The position numbers were made by a program, and so were the translations under genes. A stretch of 64,000 nt of DNA from Candidatus Latescibacterota bacterium (lineage in GTDB: Bacteria; Latescibacterota; UBA2968; UBA8231): NCBI GenBank assembly GCA_965261395.1, contig OZ253462.1, forward strand, positions 2,880,001 through 2,944,000, written 5' to 3'. Within the stretch, counting starts at the first letter, position 1, and each line of letters begins with the position of its first letter. The notes beneath the pieces are model-generated. The model was not told the origin of the DNA. It did no database searches and saw only the letters and a list, made by a program, of their open reading frames with translations. This document shows, piece by piece, positions 29,732-40,045 of the stretch.

Positions 29732-31855
29732 TTACGCCGCTAACGCCTCATTCAATTCATCAATTACATCATCCATCCGGTCGCCGAAGAGCTTGTACAT
29801 CTGCCCCATTCCGCCTTTGCCATCGAATGGAGCCATGTCCAGATCGTCGCGGCCCTTTGCTTCGATTTGGTCTGGGTCGATGGCCTTCAGCAGATTGCCG
29901 ACGATGTTGGTGAGTTCAATGCCGCCAGCCTTTTCTCGGATACGTTCCTGCTCAGCGTGGTCGAGTTGTCGGTTGAGTCGGGCGAGGTGGCCGGCAAGGG
30001 AACTCACGGTGTCTTCGTTGTACACGCCCATCATCACGCTCATGGCGAGGTCCTTGAGTGGCACGGAGGGTTTGGTGATGAGCGGCTGGCTGGCGGTCTT
30101 GAGTGATTTCGTCACGCCGACGGCGTCCACGATCACATAGTGGGTCTTCCCACTGACAGCAGAAGGCGAAACTTTCTTGAGATCGTCGTGGTCGAGTGTG
30201 CGCGTGCCACGGCCCTTCATCTGCTCGAAATAGTTGCGACTCCTCACGTCGCGCATGAAGAGCAGGCATTCGAGCGGCCTGACGTCGGTACCCGTGGCGA
30301 TCATATCCACGGTCACAGCGATGCGCGGGTGGTAGTCGTTGCGGAACTGGGCGAGGACAGATTTCGGGTCTTCTTCGGTTTTGTAGGTGATCTTCTTGCA
30401 GAACTCGTTGCCTTCGGCGAATTCCTCGCGCACGGTCTGAATGATGTCGTCGGCATGGCTGTCGGTCTTGGCAAAAATAAGTGTCTTCGGGACTTCGTCG
30501 CGGCCCGGAAATATCTCACGCAGTTTGTCGTGGAAGGTGCGGACGACGGTGCGGATCTGGTCGGGGTTGACAACGGAATGGTCCAGTTCACTGGCGATAT
30601 AGGTGACGTCCTCGTCCTGAATTTCCCAGCGCTTTCGGCGCGTCAGACGCTCGCGCTTCTCGACCTCCTGGAGGGCCTTGAGCTGGCCGCCATGCTTCGT
30701 CCTTTTCGTGTCAATGACATAGACTTCGTTGCCGACATTGACACCGTCGGCGACGGCTTGCTCATGGTCGTATTCGCTGACGACGTTCTTCCTGAAGAAC
30801 CCATAGGTGCGGTTGTCCGGCGTAGCGGTCAGGCCGATGAGATAGGCGTCGAAGTATTCGAGGACTTGACGCCAGAGGTTGTAAATCGAGCGGTGACATT
30901 CGTCGATGATGATGAAGTCGAAAAACTCGGGTGGAGTCTTGTCGTTATAGACAGCCGACATCGGTTCTTTGGGCTTAACCATTTCCGCCGGATTGATTTC
31001 TTCGACGGATTCGTCCAACTCCTCGTCCTTCAGCAGCGAATACATGCGCTGGATGGTGCTGATGCAGACTTGGCTGTCCTTGGCGACGAAGGACGATTTG
31101 AGGCGCTGGACGTTGTAAAGCTCGGTGAATTTCCGGTTGTCGTCACTGGGCACGTAGGCCATGAATTCCTGCTCGGCCTGTTCGCCCAGATTCTTGGTAT
31201 CTACGAGAAAGAGGATCCGCTTGGCGTCAACGTGTTTGAGCAGCCGGTAGATCGAGCTGATAGCGGTGTAGGTCTTGCCCGAGCCAGTGGCCATCTGAAT
31301 GAGGGCGCGCGGGCGATCATCTTTGAAGGATGCTTCGAGTTTCTCGATGGCGTTGACTTGGCACGCTCTCAATCCGGTGGGGTCTAAACTCGGTAGCGCT
31401 TGGAGCCGCTCACGAAGCGAGGCCGACTGGGTGCACCATTCCTGCATTGTCTCCGGCCGAGGGAAGTTGAACACCTCCCGGGAGCGGGGTTTCGGATCGC
31501 GGCTGTCGGTGAAGCGCGTGAGCACACCGGTCGTTTCATAGGCGAATGGCAGGGGTTCTTGATTGTTCACCCACTTGAGGTTGGCAGCGGCATAAGTGAG
31601 GGATTGTTCCTCGACTGTAGTGATCTTATGGCCCAAATCCTCACGCTTGGCCTCGACCACGCCGACGGGTTTCTTGTCGATAAAGAGAACGTAGTCGGCT
31701 GGGCCAACATCCGTCTGATACTCACGAACGGCGATCCCGAAGCCAGCGCTGAAGTCGATTTTCTTGTTGTCCTGAACTATCCAGCCCGCATGGGATAGCT
31801 GTTTGTCGATTTTGTCTCGCGCCGCCTGTTCTGGCGTCTGATTGTCACTCGGCAT
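29732..31855 (-). CDS. hsdR: type I R-M restriction subunit, C-terminal region probably shortened
   Basis: ADYVL..VEAK nuclease motif, MATGSGKT, DECHRS, LTATP, QMKGRGTR. Confidence 0.92.
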   Translation of the reverse strand: MPSDNQTPEQAARDKIDKQLSHAGWIVQDNKKIDFSAGFGIAVREYQTDVGPADYVLFIDKKPVGVVEAKREDLGHKITTVEEQSLTYAAANLKWVNNQEPLPFAYETTGVLTRFTDSRDPKPRSREVFNFPRPETMQEWCTQSASLRERLQALPSLDPTGLRACQVNAIEKLEASFKDDRPRALIQMATGSGKTYTAISSIYRLLKHVDAKRILFLVDTKNLGEQAEQEFMAYVPSDDNRKFTELYNVQRLKSSFVAKDSQVCISTIQRMYSLLKDEELDESVEEINPAEMVKPKEPMSAVYNDKTPPEFFDFIIIDECHRSIYNLWRQVLEYFDAYLIGLTATPDNRTYGFFRKNVVSEYDHEQAVADGVNVGNEVYVIDTKRTKHGGQLKALQEVEKRERLTRRKRWEIQDEDVTYIASELDHSVVNPDQIRTVVRTFHDKLREIFPGRDEVPKTLIFAKTDSHADDIIQTVREEFAEGNEFCKKITYKTEEDPKSVLAQFRNDYHPRIAVTVDMIATGTDVRPLECLLFMRDVRSRNYFEQMKGRGTRTLDHDDLKKVSPSAVSGKTHYVIVDAVGVTKSLKTASQPLITKPSVPLKDLAMSVMMGVYNEDTVSSLAGHLARLNRQLDHAEQERIREKAGGIELTNIVGNLLKAIDPDQIEAKGRDDLDMAPFDGKGGMGQMYKLFGDRMDDVIDELNEALAA

Positions 31856-32128
31856 TCAGCTCATCCGCCCTTCGCCTGTGGCCCGGAGCGCATGAGAGGA
31901 TCATCAGTAAGGAACTCCCGGTGATTGCCGATCTGTCCGTATGAACTCATAGTGCACTTGGGAGGCAGGTGTACTCGTGTATAGATAGATTAAGGCGTAT
32001 ATAAGGCACCTTTTTGGACCCTCTGTCAAGGCGCTGAGCGCATGCAAGGGTCAGGTAAGATTCAACGAGTGGGCAGGGGCTGTGGGGGAGGGGAATGACC
32101 GTTATTGGGATTTCGTAAATAGCTTCTG

Positions 32129-33520
32129 TCACAGCGACTGCAAAAAGGCCACGAGCGCGTCCCGATCGTTGCGGTCTAGTTGGCGCACAAATTCCCGCGC
32201 TGTTTCCGCCTCGCCGCCGTGGAACATGATGGCTTCCATCAGCGTGCGCGCCCGTCCATCGTGCAGATACGCTGGAATGCCATTGACCGTTGCCGTCAGG
32301 CCAATGCCCCACAGCGGCGGCGTGCGCCATTCGCGGCCATCGGCCTCAAAGTCGGGACGGTCGTCGGCCAACTCTTCTCCCATGTCGTGCAGCAGCAGAT
32401 CCGTGTAGGGATGAATGGTCTGCTTGGCTAGGGCCGCAATCTCGTGGTGGCCCGTCCGCAAGGTGGGGATATGGCACCCCGAGCATTGGGCCGTCGCAAA
32501 GAGTTCTTCGCCGCGCAACGCCTGCGGATCGTCGATGTTGCGGCGGGCGGGCACCGCTAGGGTGCGCACGTAAAAGGTGTTGATATCCAGCGTCTCCTGG
32601 CCGATTTCAGGGTCGTCTTGGTGGCTGTCTATTTGCGGCTGGTCGGCGGTGGATTCCTCGGGGAAATAAGGGCTGGTGATGCCCATGTCTTGGTGGTAGG
32701 CCCCGGCGACCTGCTGCAACAGGTCGGGATTGTTGGCCTTGAGGCCAAAGCGGCCCAATTCGGTCTGTTGCGTGCGGAAGTTGTACACCCGGTTGGGACG
32801 GCCGGATATGCCGTCGCCATTGCTGTCACCGGGGTCGGCCAGCGCCAGAATAGCCTCTTCGGGGATGGCTTCGAGTAGGCCGCGGCCAAAAACCGGCGGG
32901 GCCATGCGCGGCGAGAACAGGGCGTCCGCCGGCAGTGGTTGATAGGCTTCCACTATGTCGTAAACCGGAAAGCGCAAAGAGTACGCTGCACCGTCGGCAA
33001 AATGGCGGGTCTCCTCAAAGTAGGTGACGTCGATCCGCGCTTCGGGTGCGACCCCGAAAACGGCGCGATCCCCAATCTGTTCGCCAAAGCCCGGCACCGG
33101 CTGCGGTCCCCCAGGCACTGCGGGATTGGTGCCGGGCAGGCTGACCCGCATGAGCATGGAGCCGATAAAAGGGGAGACATCGCCAAACCCTTCGCGCCCC
33201 CGGCCATCGCGGGCGTGACAGCCGACGCACGAGGTTTGATTAAAAACCGGTCCTAGGCCATGCCCCACTGCGGCTGGCGCGGTGACAAAGACCTGTTCAA
33301 AGGTCGCGTCCCCGGCCAAGAAGCGGTCCAGTTCCATCCCGTTCAAAGAGGGGATGGGGTTTTCAAACGCCAGACTGCTGGCGTCAAAGACCGTCGCCGC
33401 CCCGCCGGATAGTGCGCGGTCGTCCTCCACGGGAGTCGGTCCTAACCCACGGTCGTCGCCGCACTGGGTGAGCGTAGCTAGAAGGCCCATGTAGAGTATG
33501 GACTTACAGGTAATGATCAT
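32129..33520 (-). CDS. di-heme oxidoreductase (DUF1111/DHOR) lipoprotein
   Basis: CVGCH and CSGCH heme motifs, YTDLLLHDMG, WRTPPLWG, LHDGRART. Confidence 0.92.
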   Translation of the reverse strand: MIITCKSILYMGLLATLTQCGDDRGLGPTPVEDDRALSGGAATVFDASSLAFENPIPSLNGMELDRFLAGDATFEQVFVTAPAAVGHGLGPVFNQTSCVGCHARDGRGREGFGDVSPFIGSMLMRVSLPGTNPAVPGGPQPVPGFGEQIGDRAVFGVAPEARIDVTYFEETRHFADGAAYSLRFPVYDIVEAYQPLPADALFSPRMAPPVFGRGLLEAIPEEAILALADPGDSNGDGISGRPNRVYNFRTQQTELGRFGLKANNPDLLQQVAGAYHQDMGITSPYFPEESTADQPQIDSHQDDPEIGQETLDINTFYVRTLAVPARRNIDDPQALRGEELFATAQCSGCHIPTLRTGHHEIAALAKQTIHPYTDLLLHDMGEELADDRPDFEADGREWRTPPLWGIGLTATVNGIPAYLHDGRARTLMEAIMFHGGEAETAREFVRQLDRNDRDALVAFLQSL

Positions 33521-33534
33521 TGCGAGCAGTGAAT

Positions 33535-34611
33535 TTAATTACCTAAAACCAGCGGCAGGATATCTTTCTCCAAGGTTTGCTGGACTTTGGCCACTGCGGC
33601 CTGTGCCTTTTCGATTTGGTCCCGATCCGAGGCAATGGCGTCGCGGAAGGGCTGCTGGATGCGGCCGATCTCGGCGATGGCCGTCTGGATTTCCCGTTTG
33701 AGCCGCTGATCTAGGTCGGCGTCGGCTTGGCGGATGAATTCGTCCAAGCCCTCGCCGGTGCCCGCGTAGTCGCCGGTATAGACGTGCTGGACGCTGCGGA
33801 GGTTGTTCTGGAAGTCGGCGATGGAATTGAAGCTGAATTGGGATTCGACGAGGCGGGGATCGTTCTCGACGAAGGGGTCGGCGATTTTGCCGTTGGCCAC
33901 TTCGTCGCAGATGCCGATCATGCCGTTGACCATTTCCTGGACTGCCGACTGGGCGGACGGATACGCGTCGCTGCCATTGCCGGCGTCGCGGACCTTTTGG
34001 CCAAAGTTGCCGCCGCTGGGGATCCAGCTATTGTGCAGGGCACTGGCCGTGGCCCACAGATCTTGGGTCGTGGCGATCAGATAGGCGAACTCACGCTCGG
34101 TGAAGTCGGCCGTGGTCTTGCTGCCTCCTTCGTCAAAGAGCAGGTACTCGATGGTGTGGAAGCCCTTGAGGGTTCCGTCTAGCCCGCCCACGTACGCGGT
34201 CGTCAAGTCGTTGTCGCTGGCCAACACTCCGTCCAAGTCCGTGCGGTTGACCGGCCAACTGTCGAGCGACGGATCGTAGCCGTTGAAGTCCACCGGCCCA
34301 AAGAGAAATCCCTCGCTGGCTTCCCAGGGGATGCGCGTGGCCACCCAAGCGTCCCGGGCAGCACGGAGGTTTGCAGCCGTAGGATCGCCGCGCAGGGCCT
34401 CGATCGCGGCGAGCAGGTCGCTGGCCCGCTCGTCTAAGTCCGCGTACGTGGCAATGACGACGTTGTCGGTGAAGTTGCTCAAGATGGGCGCAAAGTCGAA
34501 CTCGGCCGCGGCTGGCCCGGTGGGCGCGTCGCTGTCGTCGCCGCAGCCGGCAATTAGCAGCAGGCTGCAAGCGGCTAGTCCGATCCCCAATCGCAAGAAC
34601 ATGGCTTTCAT
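33535..34611 (-). CDS. imelysin-family (IrpA-like) iron-regulated lipoprotein
   Basis: Lipobox IAGC, WEASEGFLFGP, GFHTIEYLLF, ESQFS; start reassigned to MKAMF. Confidence 0.92.
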   Translation of the reverse strand: MKAMFLRLGIGLAACSLLLIAGCGDDSDAPTGPAAAEFDFAPILSNFTDNVVIATYADLDERASDLLAAIEALRGDPTAANLRAARDAWVATRIPWEASEGFLFGPVDFNGYDPSLDSWPVNRTDLDGVLASDNDLTTAYVGGLDGTLKGFHTIEYLLFDEGGSKTTADFTEREFAYLIATTQDLWATASALHNSWIPSGGNFGQKVRDAGNGSDAYPSAQSAVQEMVNGMIGICDEVANGKIADPFVENDPRLVESQFSFNSIADFQNNLRSVQHVYTGDYAGTGEGLDEFIRQADADLDQRLKREIQTAIAEIGRIQQPFRDAIASDRDQIEKAQAAVAKVQQTLEKDILPLVLGN

Positions 34612-34697
34612 AAGGGTAGCTCCTTTTCGTCCGAATTGAAATCCAGCGCACAGGCGACTTCCACTAGTGCCTGGTTTCACAGTGGATGGCTCTTTTT

Positions 34698-35954
34698 TTA
34701 GAACTGAAACCCCAGCCCCAGGCTCAGGGTGTTTTCAGGGTTAAAGCGGGCGGCACCGAGTCGCCGCATGGCGTAATCGGCCTTGAGCACCACGGTATCT
34801 TCCATGTTGTAGTTTGCGCCCAGGGTATAGACCCGGCGCGCAAAGCGCGGATTGTCAAAGGTTTGGTCCGGGACCGCAGCCATACTGTCGTACGAGTCTA
34901 AGCGGATGAACAGGTCCAAGCGGTCGGGCGAGGGAGCGGCCAGCCAAGGCAGTACGTCGTAGCCGACCTCGGCCCAGGCCGCGTACGCCGCCTGGGCCAC
35001 TGGCGAGCGCAAGACATTGAGATTGTTCGACAGGGTGCGGTTGCGGGCGCTGACGAGGGCGGCATTTTGCAGGTGCCCATAGAGGTATAGCCCGCGCGCG
35101 CGGACCCGCCCCCAGTCGAAGCTGCCGTGTACATCGACGATGGAGACGTGCGCGTCAATTCCTTCCATATCGGGCTTGGGGCGGTTGTCGGCGCTGTCGC
35201 CGCGATAGCCAGAAATACCCAGCGCACAGTGCGGCGCGAACTGATAATCGAGGCGGGCGACCCAAGCCATATTGGTCGCCTGAATCGTCTCAAAGCGCTT
35301 TTGGTGGCCGCCGACAATCCAGTTTTGCGAGCTGAAACCGGTCGCGTCCAAGCCGTTGACTAGCTGTAGCTGGTAGCGCCAGTCCCGGTAGGCTCCGGAG
35401 ACTTCCACGCCGGTCTCGTGCCAGAGGGCCGGGATGATGGAAGTCTCGGCTTCCGAGCGCCGAGTGCCGAAGAAATCGGCGGGATGGAAATGATCGCTCA
35501 AGTGGCCCACGGCGACGTAGAAATGCCCCAAGCGGACGCGGAAGGCATCGCTGAAGGTCCGCTCGACGGCCAGCTCCTCGACTATGACTTCGCCGCCTTT
35601 TTCGATTTCCTGCTCGAACTCGCCGAATTCCTCAAACTCCAATTCCAGCGCGGCACCAGCACCGCCGTGCTCAAATTCCACCTCGGCTGCCAACTCCGTA
35701 TCTTTGAGCAACTCGACTTCCAGTTCGAGCGCGAGGCGGGTGATGTCGATGATGGCGCGGCTGTCCGGGGGGGAACCATTGGGGCCGCTTTTTTGGTCGG
35801 GGCCGAAATCGAAGTGGGAATAGAGCAGTTCGCCGTAGCCTTCTAGATGGAAGGACAGCCTTGCAGACGCATTCGCACCTTGCACGGGCAGGAAGGCAAG
35901 GAGGATAAATAGCTGAAAAATATGGATATAAGACTTATTGGGTACGCGTCGCAT
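34698..35954 (-). CDS. outer-membrane beta-barrel/porin of the imelysin iron-uptake locus
   Basis: Signal peptide, EVEFEHGG, acidic loop, IIPALWHETG, terminal aromatic GLGFQF. Confidence 0.8.
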   Translation of the reverse strand: MRRVPNKSYIHIFQLFILLAFLPVQGANASARLSFHLEGYGELLYSHFDFGPDQKSGPNGSPPDSRAIIDITRLALELEVELLKDTELAAEVEFEHGGAGAALELEFEEFGEFEQEIEKGGEVIVEELAVERTFSDAFRVRLGHFYVAVGHLSDHFHPADFFGTRRSEAETSIIPALWHETGVEVSGAYRDWRYQLQLVNGLDATGFSSQNWIVGGHQKRFETIQATNMAWVARLDYQFAPHCALGISGYRGDSADNRPKPDMEGIDAHVSIVDVHGSFDWGRVRARGLYLYGHLQNAALVSARNRTLSNNLNVLRSPVAQAAYAAWAEVGYDVLPWLAAPSPDRLDLFIRLDSYDSMAAVPDQTFDNPRFARRVYTLGANYNMEDTVVLKADYAMRRLGAARFNPENTLSLGLGFQF

Positions 35955-36167
35955 GGGTCGGATGAGGAATCATCGTATCGCTATTACATAGTTTCTGCAA
36001 ACAGAACCAATGTTTATTTTAACGCCTTTTTGTTTTATATACCAAACAAAAGTATGAGTAGTATTCCTATTAGTCAAGGACATTATTTCAGTTAAGTCGC
36101 TCAACTCGCAGGGCTTTTTTGCACTCAACTTCGCAGTATATTTATTGGTCTTGGATTGGAAAAAGCT

Positions 36168-38768
36168 ATGGGATTTGTAGAAACATTTGCCGACTCGCTA
36201 AAAGAGATGCCCCCCGCGCCGATGGGGGAGGCTCTGCGGCCGCTGTGGCACGAGGCCCTCGCGGACATCAAAGCCGAGCACGAGGCCGGAGCCGACGGGC
36301 AGGTCGTGGCCCGGCGGATCACCGAGGCCATGGACGCCGTGGTACTGTCTATCTACCAAAGCGCCATGCCCCAAACGTCCGGCCCCCACGCGCTGGTGGC
36401 GCTGGGTGGATACGGCCGCTGCGAAATGGCGCCGCATTCCGATGTTGACTTGCTGTTCCTGTTCGCCAAGAGCCAAGACAAGGTCCCCGAAGTTGTCGCT
36501 GGCGTATTCAATCCGCTCTGGGACTTGGGGTTTGAGGTAGGGCATAGCAGTCGCACGTTGGACGAGGTGGTCCGGGCGGTGCGCGAAGATTTGGAATCGC
36601 GCACCGCGATGATGGATGGCCGCCTGCTGGCCGGCGACGCCGCGCTTTTCGCCCAGTTCCAACAGCGGCTCTACAAGCGCGTGCCCAAGCGCACGATCAC
36701 CGAGCTGAATCGGCTGCGCCAGCAGCAGCTCGAAGCGCGGCAATCGGTCCAGCTTTTGGAGCCGAATGTCAAGGAAAGCCCCGGGGGTCTGCGCGAGATA
36801 CAGATGTTCGAGTGGGCGCTCAAGGCCAAGGCCAAAGCGCCCGAGTGCGGCGATTTGTGCGTGCAGTATCTCGATGGCGGCAGTGAGAGTCTCGCCAAGA
36901 GCCGCGCCTTCCTCTGGCGAGTGCGGCACGCGCTCCACTTTGCCGTGGGCCGCAAGCGCGATGTGCTAGAGCACGATATCAAGCCGCAGATCGCGGCCGC
37001 CTTGGGCTATGAGGACCAGGGACACGAGTTGGCGGCCGAGTGCTTTATGCGCGATTACTACCTCCATGCGCGGACTGTGTACCATCTAGTAGAGCGGGCC
37101 TTCCAGCGGTTGACGCGCAAGCCGCGCAACAGCAGCCGCAGCATGTATATAGAGCGCGGCGTAGCTGCGGTGGAAGGGGAGATCGTCCTCACCGATGACG
37201 AGGCGTACTTTGCCGCCGACCCCCTGCGCCTGCTAAAGATTTTCCTCACGGCTCAGACCAAGAACTTGAAGCTGAGCGATCAGGTGCAGTGTGCGGTGCG
37301 CGCCAATCTGCCGCTGATCGACGACGAATTCAGACGCCTGCCGGCGGCCCGCGACTTGTTCTTCAAAATACTCAAGCGCAAATACCGCACGGCGCTAACG
37401 CTCCGGCGCATGCACGACCTAGGAGTCTTGGGCGCGTATTTGCCCGAGTTCGGGCGGTTGACCTGCTTGGTCCAGTACGACATTTACCACATCTACACGG
37501 TCGATGAGCACACGCTGGTCGCGCTGGAAAACTTGGAAGCCCTCGGTCAGAAGGAGGGGAGCATGTCGGCGATCCTCGCCCAATGCACGCGCCGCGATCT
37601 GCTGTTCTTCGCCGTGCTCTTGCACGACGTGGGCAAGTGGAAGCGCAACGATCATATCGCGCGCGGCATTGAGATGACCGAGGAGTTGAGCGAGCGAATG
37701 GGGCTGGACCAAGAGGAGCGGTCCATGCTGCGCTTCCTCGTGAAGCACCACCAAGACATGGTGCTGATTTCCAGGCGGCGCAATCTCGACGACTACGAGA
37801 TGATCGCCGAGTTCGCCGGTTTGTTCGCCAGCGAGGAATGGCTGCGCGCGCTCTACTTGGTTTCGTACGCCGACCTGTCGGCCGTTGCACCCGATGTGTG
37901 GACCGACTGGCAAGGGGCCTTGCTGTGGGAATTGTACTACAAGACGGCCGAGCAATTGCACTCGGACATGCAGGCTTTAGAGGCCAAACAACGCGCTCGC
38001 CAGAAGCTCAACGAGCACCTCGATCACATCGAGGGCCGCTGGTCGGCCCAGCGGGTCGTCCAGTTCCAAGAGCACATTGAGCAGTTATCCCCCAGCTACT
38101 TGGTGGCCTACAACCGCGAGCAAATCAAGGTGCATCTGGAGATGATCGCCCGCCTGGGCCGCGAGCAGCCTTTTGTCTTGGAATTCATCGAGCACGAAGG
38201 GCACACCGAGGTCGTCGTCTGCACCCGCGACCAGCGCCAGATCATCGCCAAGATCTGCGGCGCTTTGGCCGTCAACGACATCAACATCCTCCGCGCGGAT
38301 GTCAATACCCGCGCCGACGATGTCGTGCTCGACATTTTCCAAGTGACCGACATCGACGACAGCCCGGTGCTGCCCGACTGGAAGAAGGAGCGCATGCGCG
38401 AGCGGGTGGCCGAGGTCATTTCGCTACAGCTAAAGGCCCGCGACTTGATAGCGCGCTACAGCAGCAGTTGGGATCGCCGCCGTCGGCAGCGGCAGTACGA
38501 CCAGCCGCCTCGCATTGCGTTCGACAATCAGATTTCGGCCCGCTACACAGTCGTCGATATCGAAGCCCAAGACACCGTGGGTCTGCTCTACAGAATCGCG
38601 TACCTGTTGGACGAGTTGGATCTCAACATCCACCGCGCCATTATCAACACGGTGGCGGCGCGGGCGCAAGACGCCTTCTACATCGTCGATGCCGAGGGGC
38701 AGAAGATCGCCAGCTACGAAGAGCTCGACCGGATAGAGCAGTACCTGCTCGACGGGCTGGCGTCTTGA
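36168..38768 (+). CDS. glnD: [protein-PII] uridylyltransferase/uridylyl-removing enzyme
   Basis: ALGGYGR..APHSDVDL, VKESPGGLRE, YHIYTVDEH, LLHDVGK, two ACT domains. Confidence 0.96.
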   Translation: MGFVETFADSLKEMPPAPMGEALRPLWHEALADIKAEHEAGADGQVVARRITEAMDAVVLSIYQSAMPQTSGPHALVALGGYGRCEMAPHSDVDLLFLFAKSQDKVPEVVAGVFNPLWDLGFEVGHSSRTLDEVVRAVREDLESRTAMMDGRLLAGDAALFAQFQQRLYKRVPKRTITELNRLRQQQLEARQSVQLLEPNVKESPGGLREIQMFEWALKAKAKAPECGDLCVQYLDGGSESLAKSRAFLWRVRHALHFAVGRKRDVLEHDIKPQIAAALGYEDQGHELAAECFMRDYYLHARTVYHLVERAFQRLTRKPRNSSRSMYIERGVAAVEGEIVLTDDEAYFAADPLRLLKIFLTAQTKNLKLSDQVQCAVRANLPLIDDEFRRLPAARDLFFKILKRKYRTALTLRRMHDLGVLGAYLPEFGRLTCLVQYDIYHIYTVDEHTLVALENLEALGQKEGSMSAILAQCTRRDLLFFAVLLHDVGKWKRNDHIARGIEMTEELSERMGLDQEERSMLRFLVKHHQDMVLISRRRNLDDYEMIAEFAGLFASEEWLRALYLVSYADLSAVAPDVWTDWQGALLWELYYKTAEQLHSDMQALEAKQRARQKLNEHLDHIEGRWSAQRVVQFQEHIEQLSPSYLVAYNREQIKVHLEMIARLGREQPFVLEFIEHEGHTEVVVCTRDQRQIIAKICGALAVNDINILRADVNTRADDVVLDIFQVTDIDDSPVLPDWKKERMRERVAEVISLQLKARDLIARYSSSWDRRRRQRQYDQPPRIAFDNQISARYTVVDIEAQDTVGLLYRIAYLLDELDLNIHRAIINTVAARAQDAFYIVDAEGQKIASYEELDRIEQYLLDGLAS

Positions 38769-38791
38769 GCTACCTCGTTGGTGAGAGCTAA

Positions 38792-39543
38792 ACCCGTGCC
38801 CGACGAAGACCCGGCAGACCTGATCCGAGAGGTGGAGGAATGACACAAGTTACCGACGAGCTCCTCGACCAGATGGTCCAGGCCATTGTCGAAGAGGTTG
38901 ATCCCGAACAGGTGATCCTCTTCGGCTCTCGCGCTCGCGGCGACGCGCGGGAAGATTCGGATGTCGATCTGGTGGTGGTGGTGGCCGAGCCGTTTGGACA
39001 AGACCGGAGCCGGTACCAAGAGGCGGTCCGACTGTACAAGGTGCTCGCCGGATCGGGCGTTTCAAAGGACATCCTCGTTTATAGCCGCGACGACGTCGAG
39101 TACTGGCGCGACTCCCTCAACCACGTCTTGGCGCGGGCGTTGCGGGAGGGGAGGGTGCTCTATGAGCGACCTTAAATGTGTGCGCGTGCTGTTGGCCGCC
39201 GCAGACCGCGACATCGAGATACTGCAACTCATGCACGATTCCACCGGCGGCCCCGATGAGATTTTCGGCTTCCACGCGCAACAAGCCGCCGAGAAGTCGC
39301 TCAAGGCGTGGCTTGCTCTCCTTGGAGAGGTGTACCCGTTGACGCATGATCTCGATGCCCTCATCGAGAGGCTCTCCGGGAGAAATGCCGATGTAGGCAG
39401 GTATCGGGGGTTGACGGTCTACAGTGCATTCGCCGTTCAGTTTCGATACGAGGGAATGACCGAGGGGATCTCCATTGATCGCGAACACGCTCTGCATCTT
39501 GTGAGTGCCCTTCTGCAACAGGTCCGGCGGATGGCGGAGGTGG
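38792..39543 (+). repeat. repeat A copy 1 (752 bp: hsdM-like stub + MNT + HEPN)
   Basis: Near-identical to 46264-47015; 4 substitutions seen by eye. Confidence 0.95.
38840..39175 (+). CDS. minimal nucleotidyltransferase (MNT) antitoxin
   Basis: ILFGSRARGDAREDSDVDL. Confidence 0.92.
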   Translation: MTQVTDELLDQMVQAIVEEVDPEQVILFGSRARGDAREDSDVDLVVVVAEPFGQDRSRYQEAVRLYKVLAGSGVSKDILVYSRDDVEYWRDSLNHVLARALREGRVLYERP

Positions 39544-39551
39544 AGGAATGA
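39162..39551 (+). CDS. HEPN domain protein
   Basis: FHAQQAAEKSLKA, THDL, AVQFRY; start MSDLK overlaps the MNT 3' end. Confidence 0.92.
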   Translation: MSDLKCVRVLLAAADRDIEILQLMHDSTGGPDEIFGFHAQQAAEKSLKAWLALLGEVYPLTHDLDALIERLSGRNADVGRYRGLTVYSAFAVQFRYEGMTEGISIDREHALHLVSALLQQVRRMAEVEE

Positions 39552-39883
39552 CACAAGTTACCGACGCGCTCCTCGACCGGATGGTCCAAGCCATAGTCGC
39601 TGAGGTTGGTCCCGAGCAGGTGATCCTCTTCGGGTCTCGCGCTCGTGGCGATGCACGAGAAGATTCGGATGTCGATCTCATTGTGGTGGAGGCCGAGCCG
39701 TTTGGGGAGACTCGGAGCCGACGTTTAGAGGCCGCCCGCGTTTACGAGGCGGTGGCCGGTTTCGACGCTTTGACGGACATCTTGCTTTATAGCCGCGACG
39801 AGGTCGAGCACTGGCGCGACTCAGTCAACCATGTCCTTGCCCGTGCATTACGAGAGGGAACGGTGCTATATGATCGACCTTGA
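39548..39883 (+). CDS. MNT antitoxin, second paralog
   Basis: ILFGSRARGDAREDSDVDL. Confidence 0.92.
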   Translation: MTQVTDALLDRMVQAIVAEVGPEQVILFGSRARGDAREDSDVDLIVVEAEPFGETRSRRLEAARVYEAVAGFDALTDILLYSRDEVEHWRDSVNHVLARALREGTVLYDRP

Positions 39884-39923
39884 TGAAGCGCGTGCGCTCA
39901 TTCAAGCTAGCCCTTTTCCGTAG
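39870..39923 (+). pseudogene. 5' stub of a HEPN gene
   Basis: MIDLDEARALIQA, homologous to MSDLDKARTLLEA at 48735 and in the same overlap position. Confidence 0.75.
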
Positions 39924-40045
39924 ATTATTCCGCATAACTCAACAGCTTCTTAAGCCTCACCTAGCGCATGTGTGTGCCTCGATACGCTCGCTCGCTAGCT
40001 GCCACTCGGAGAGTGGGTGCGGCTCTTTCTTTGGAGGGATTCACC

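Noticed and set aside
30140-31387. 415-aa + strand ORF within hsdR, and similar long antisense ORFs elsewhere (3882-4895, 10364-11113)
   Set aside because: They fully overlap well-supported genes on the opposite strand and have no motifs.
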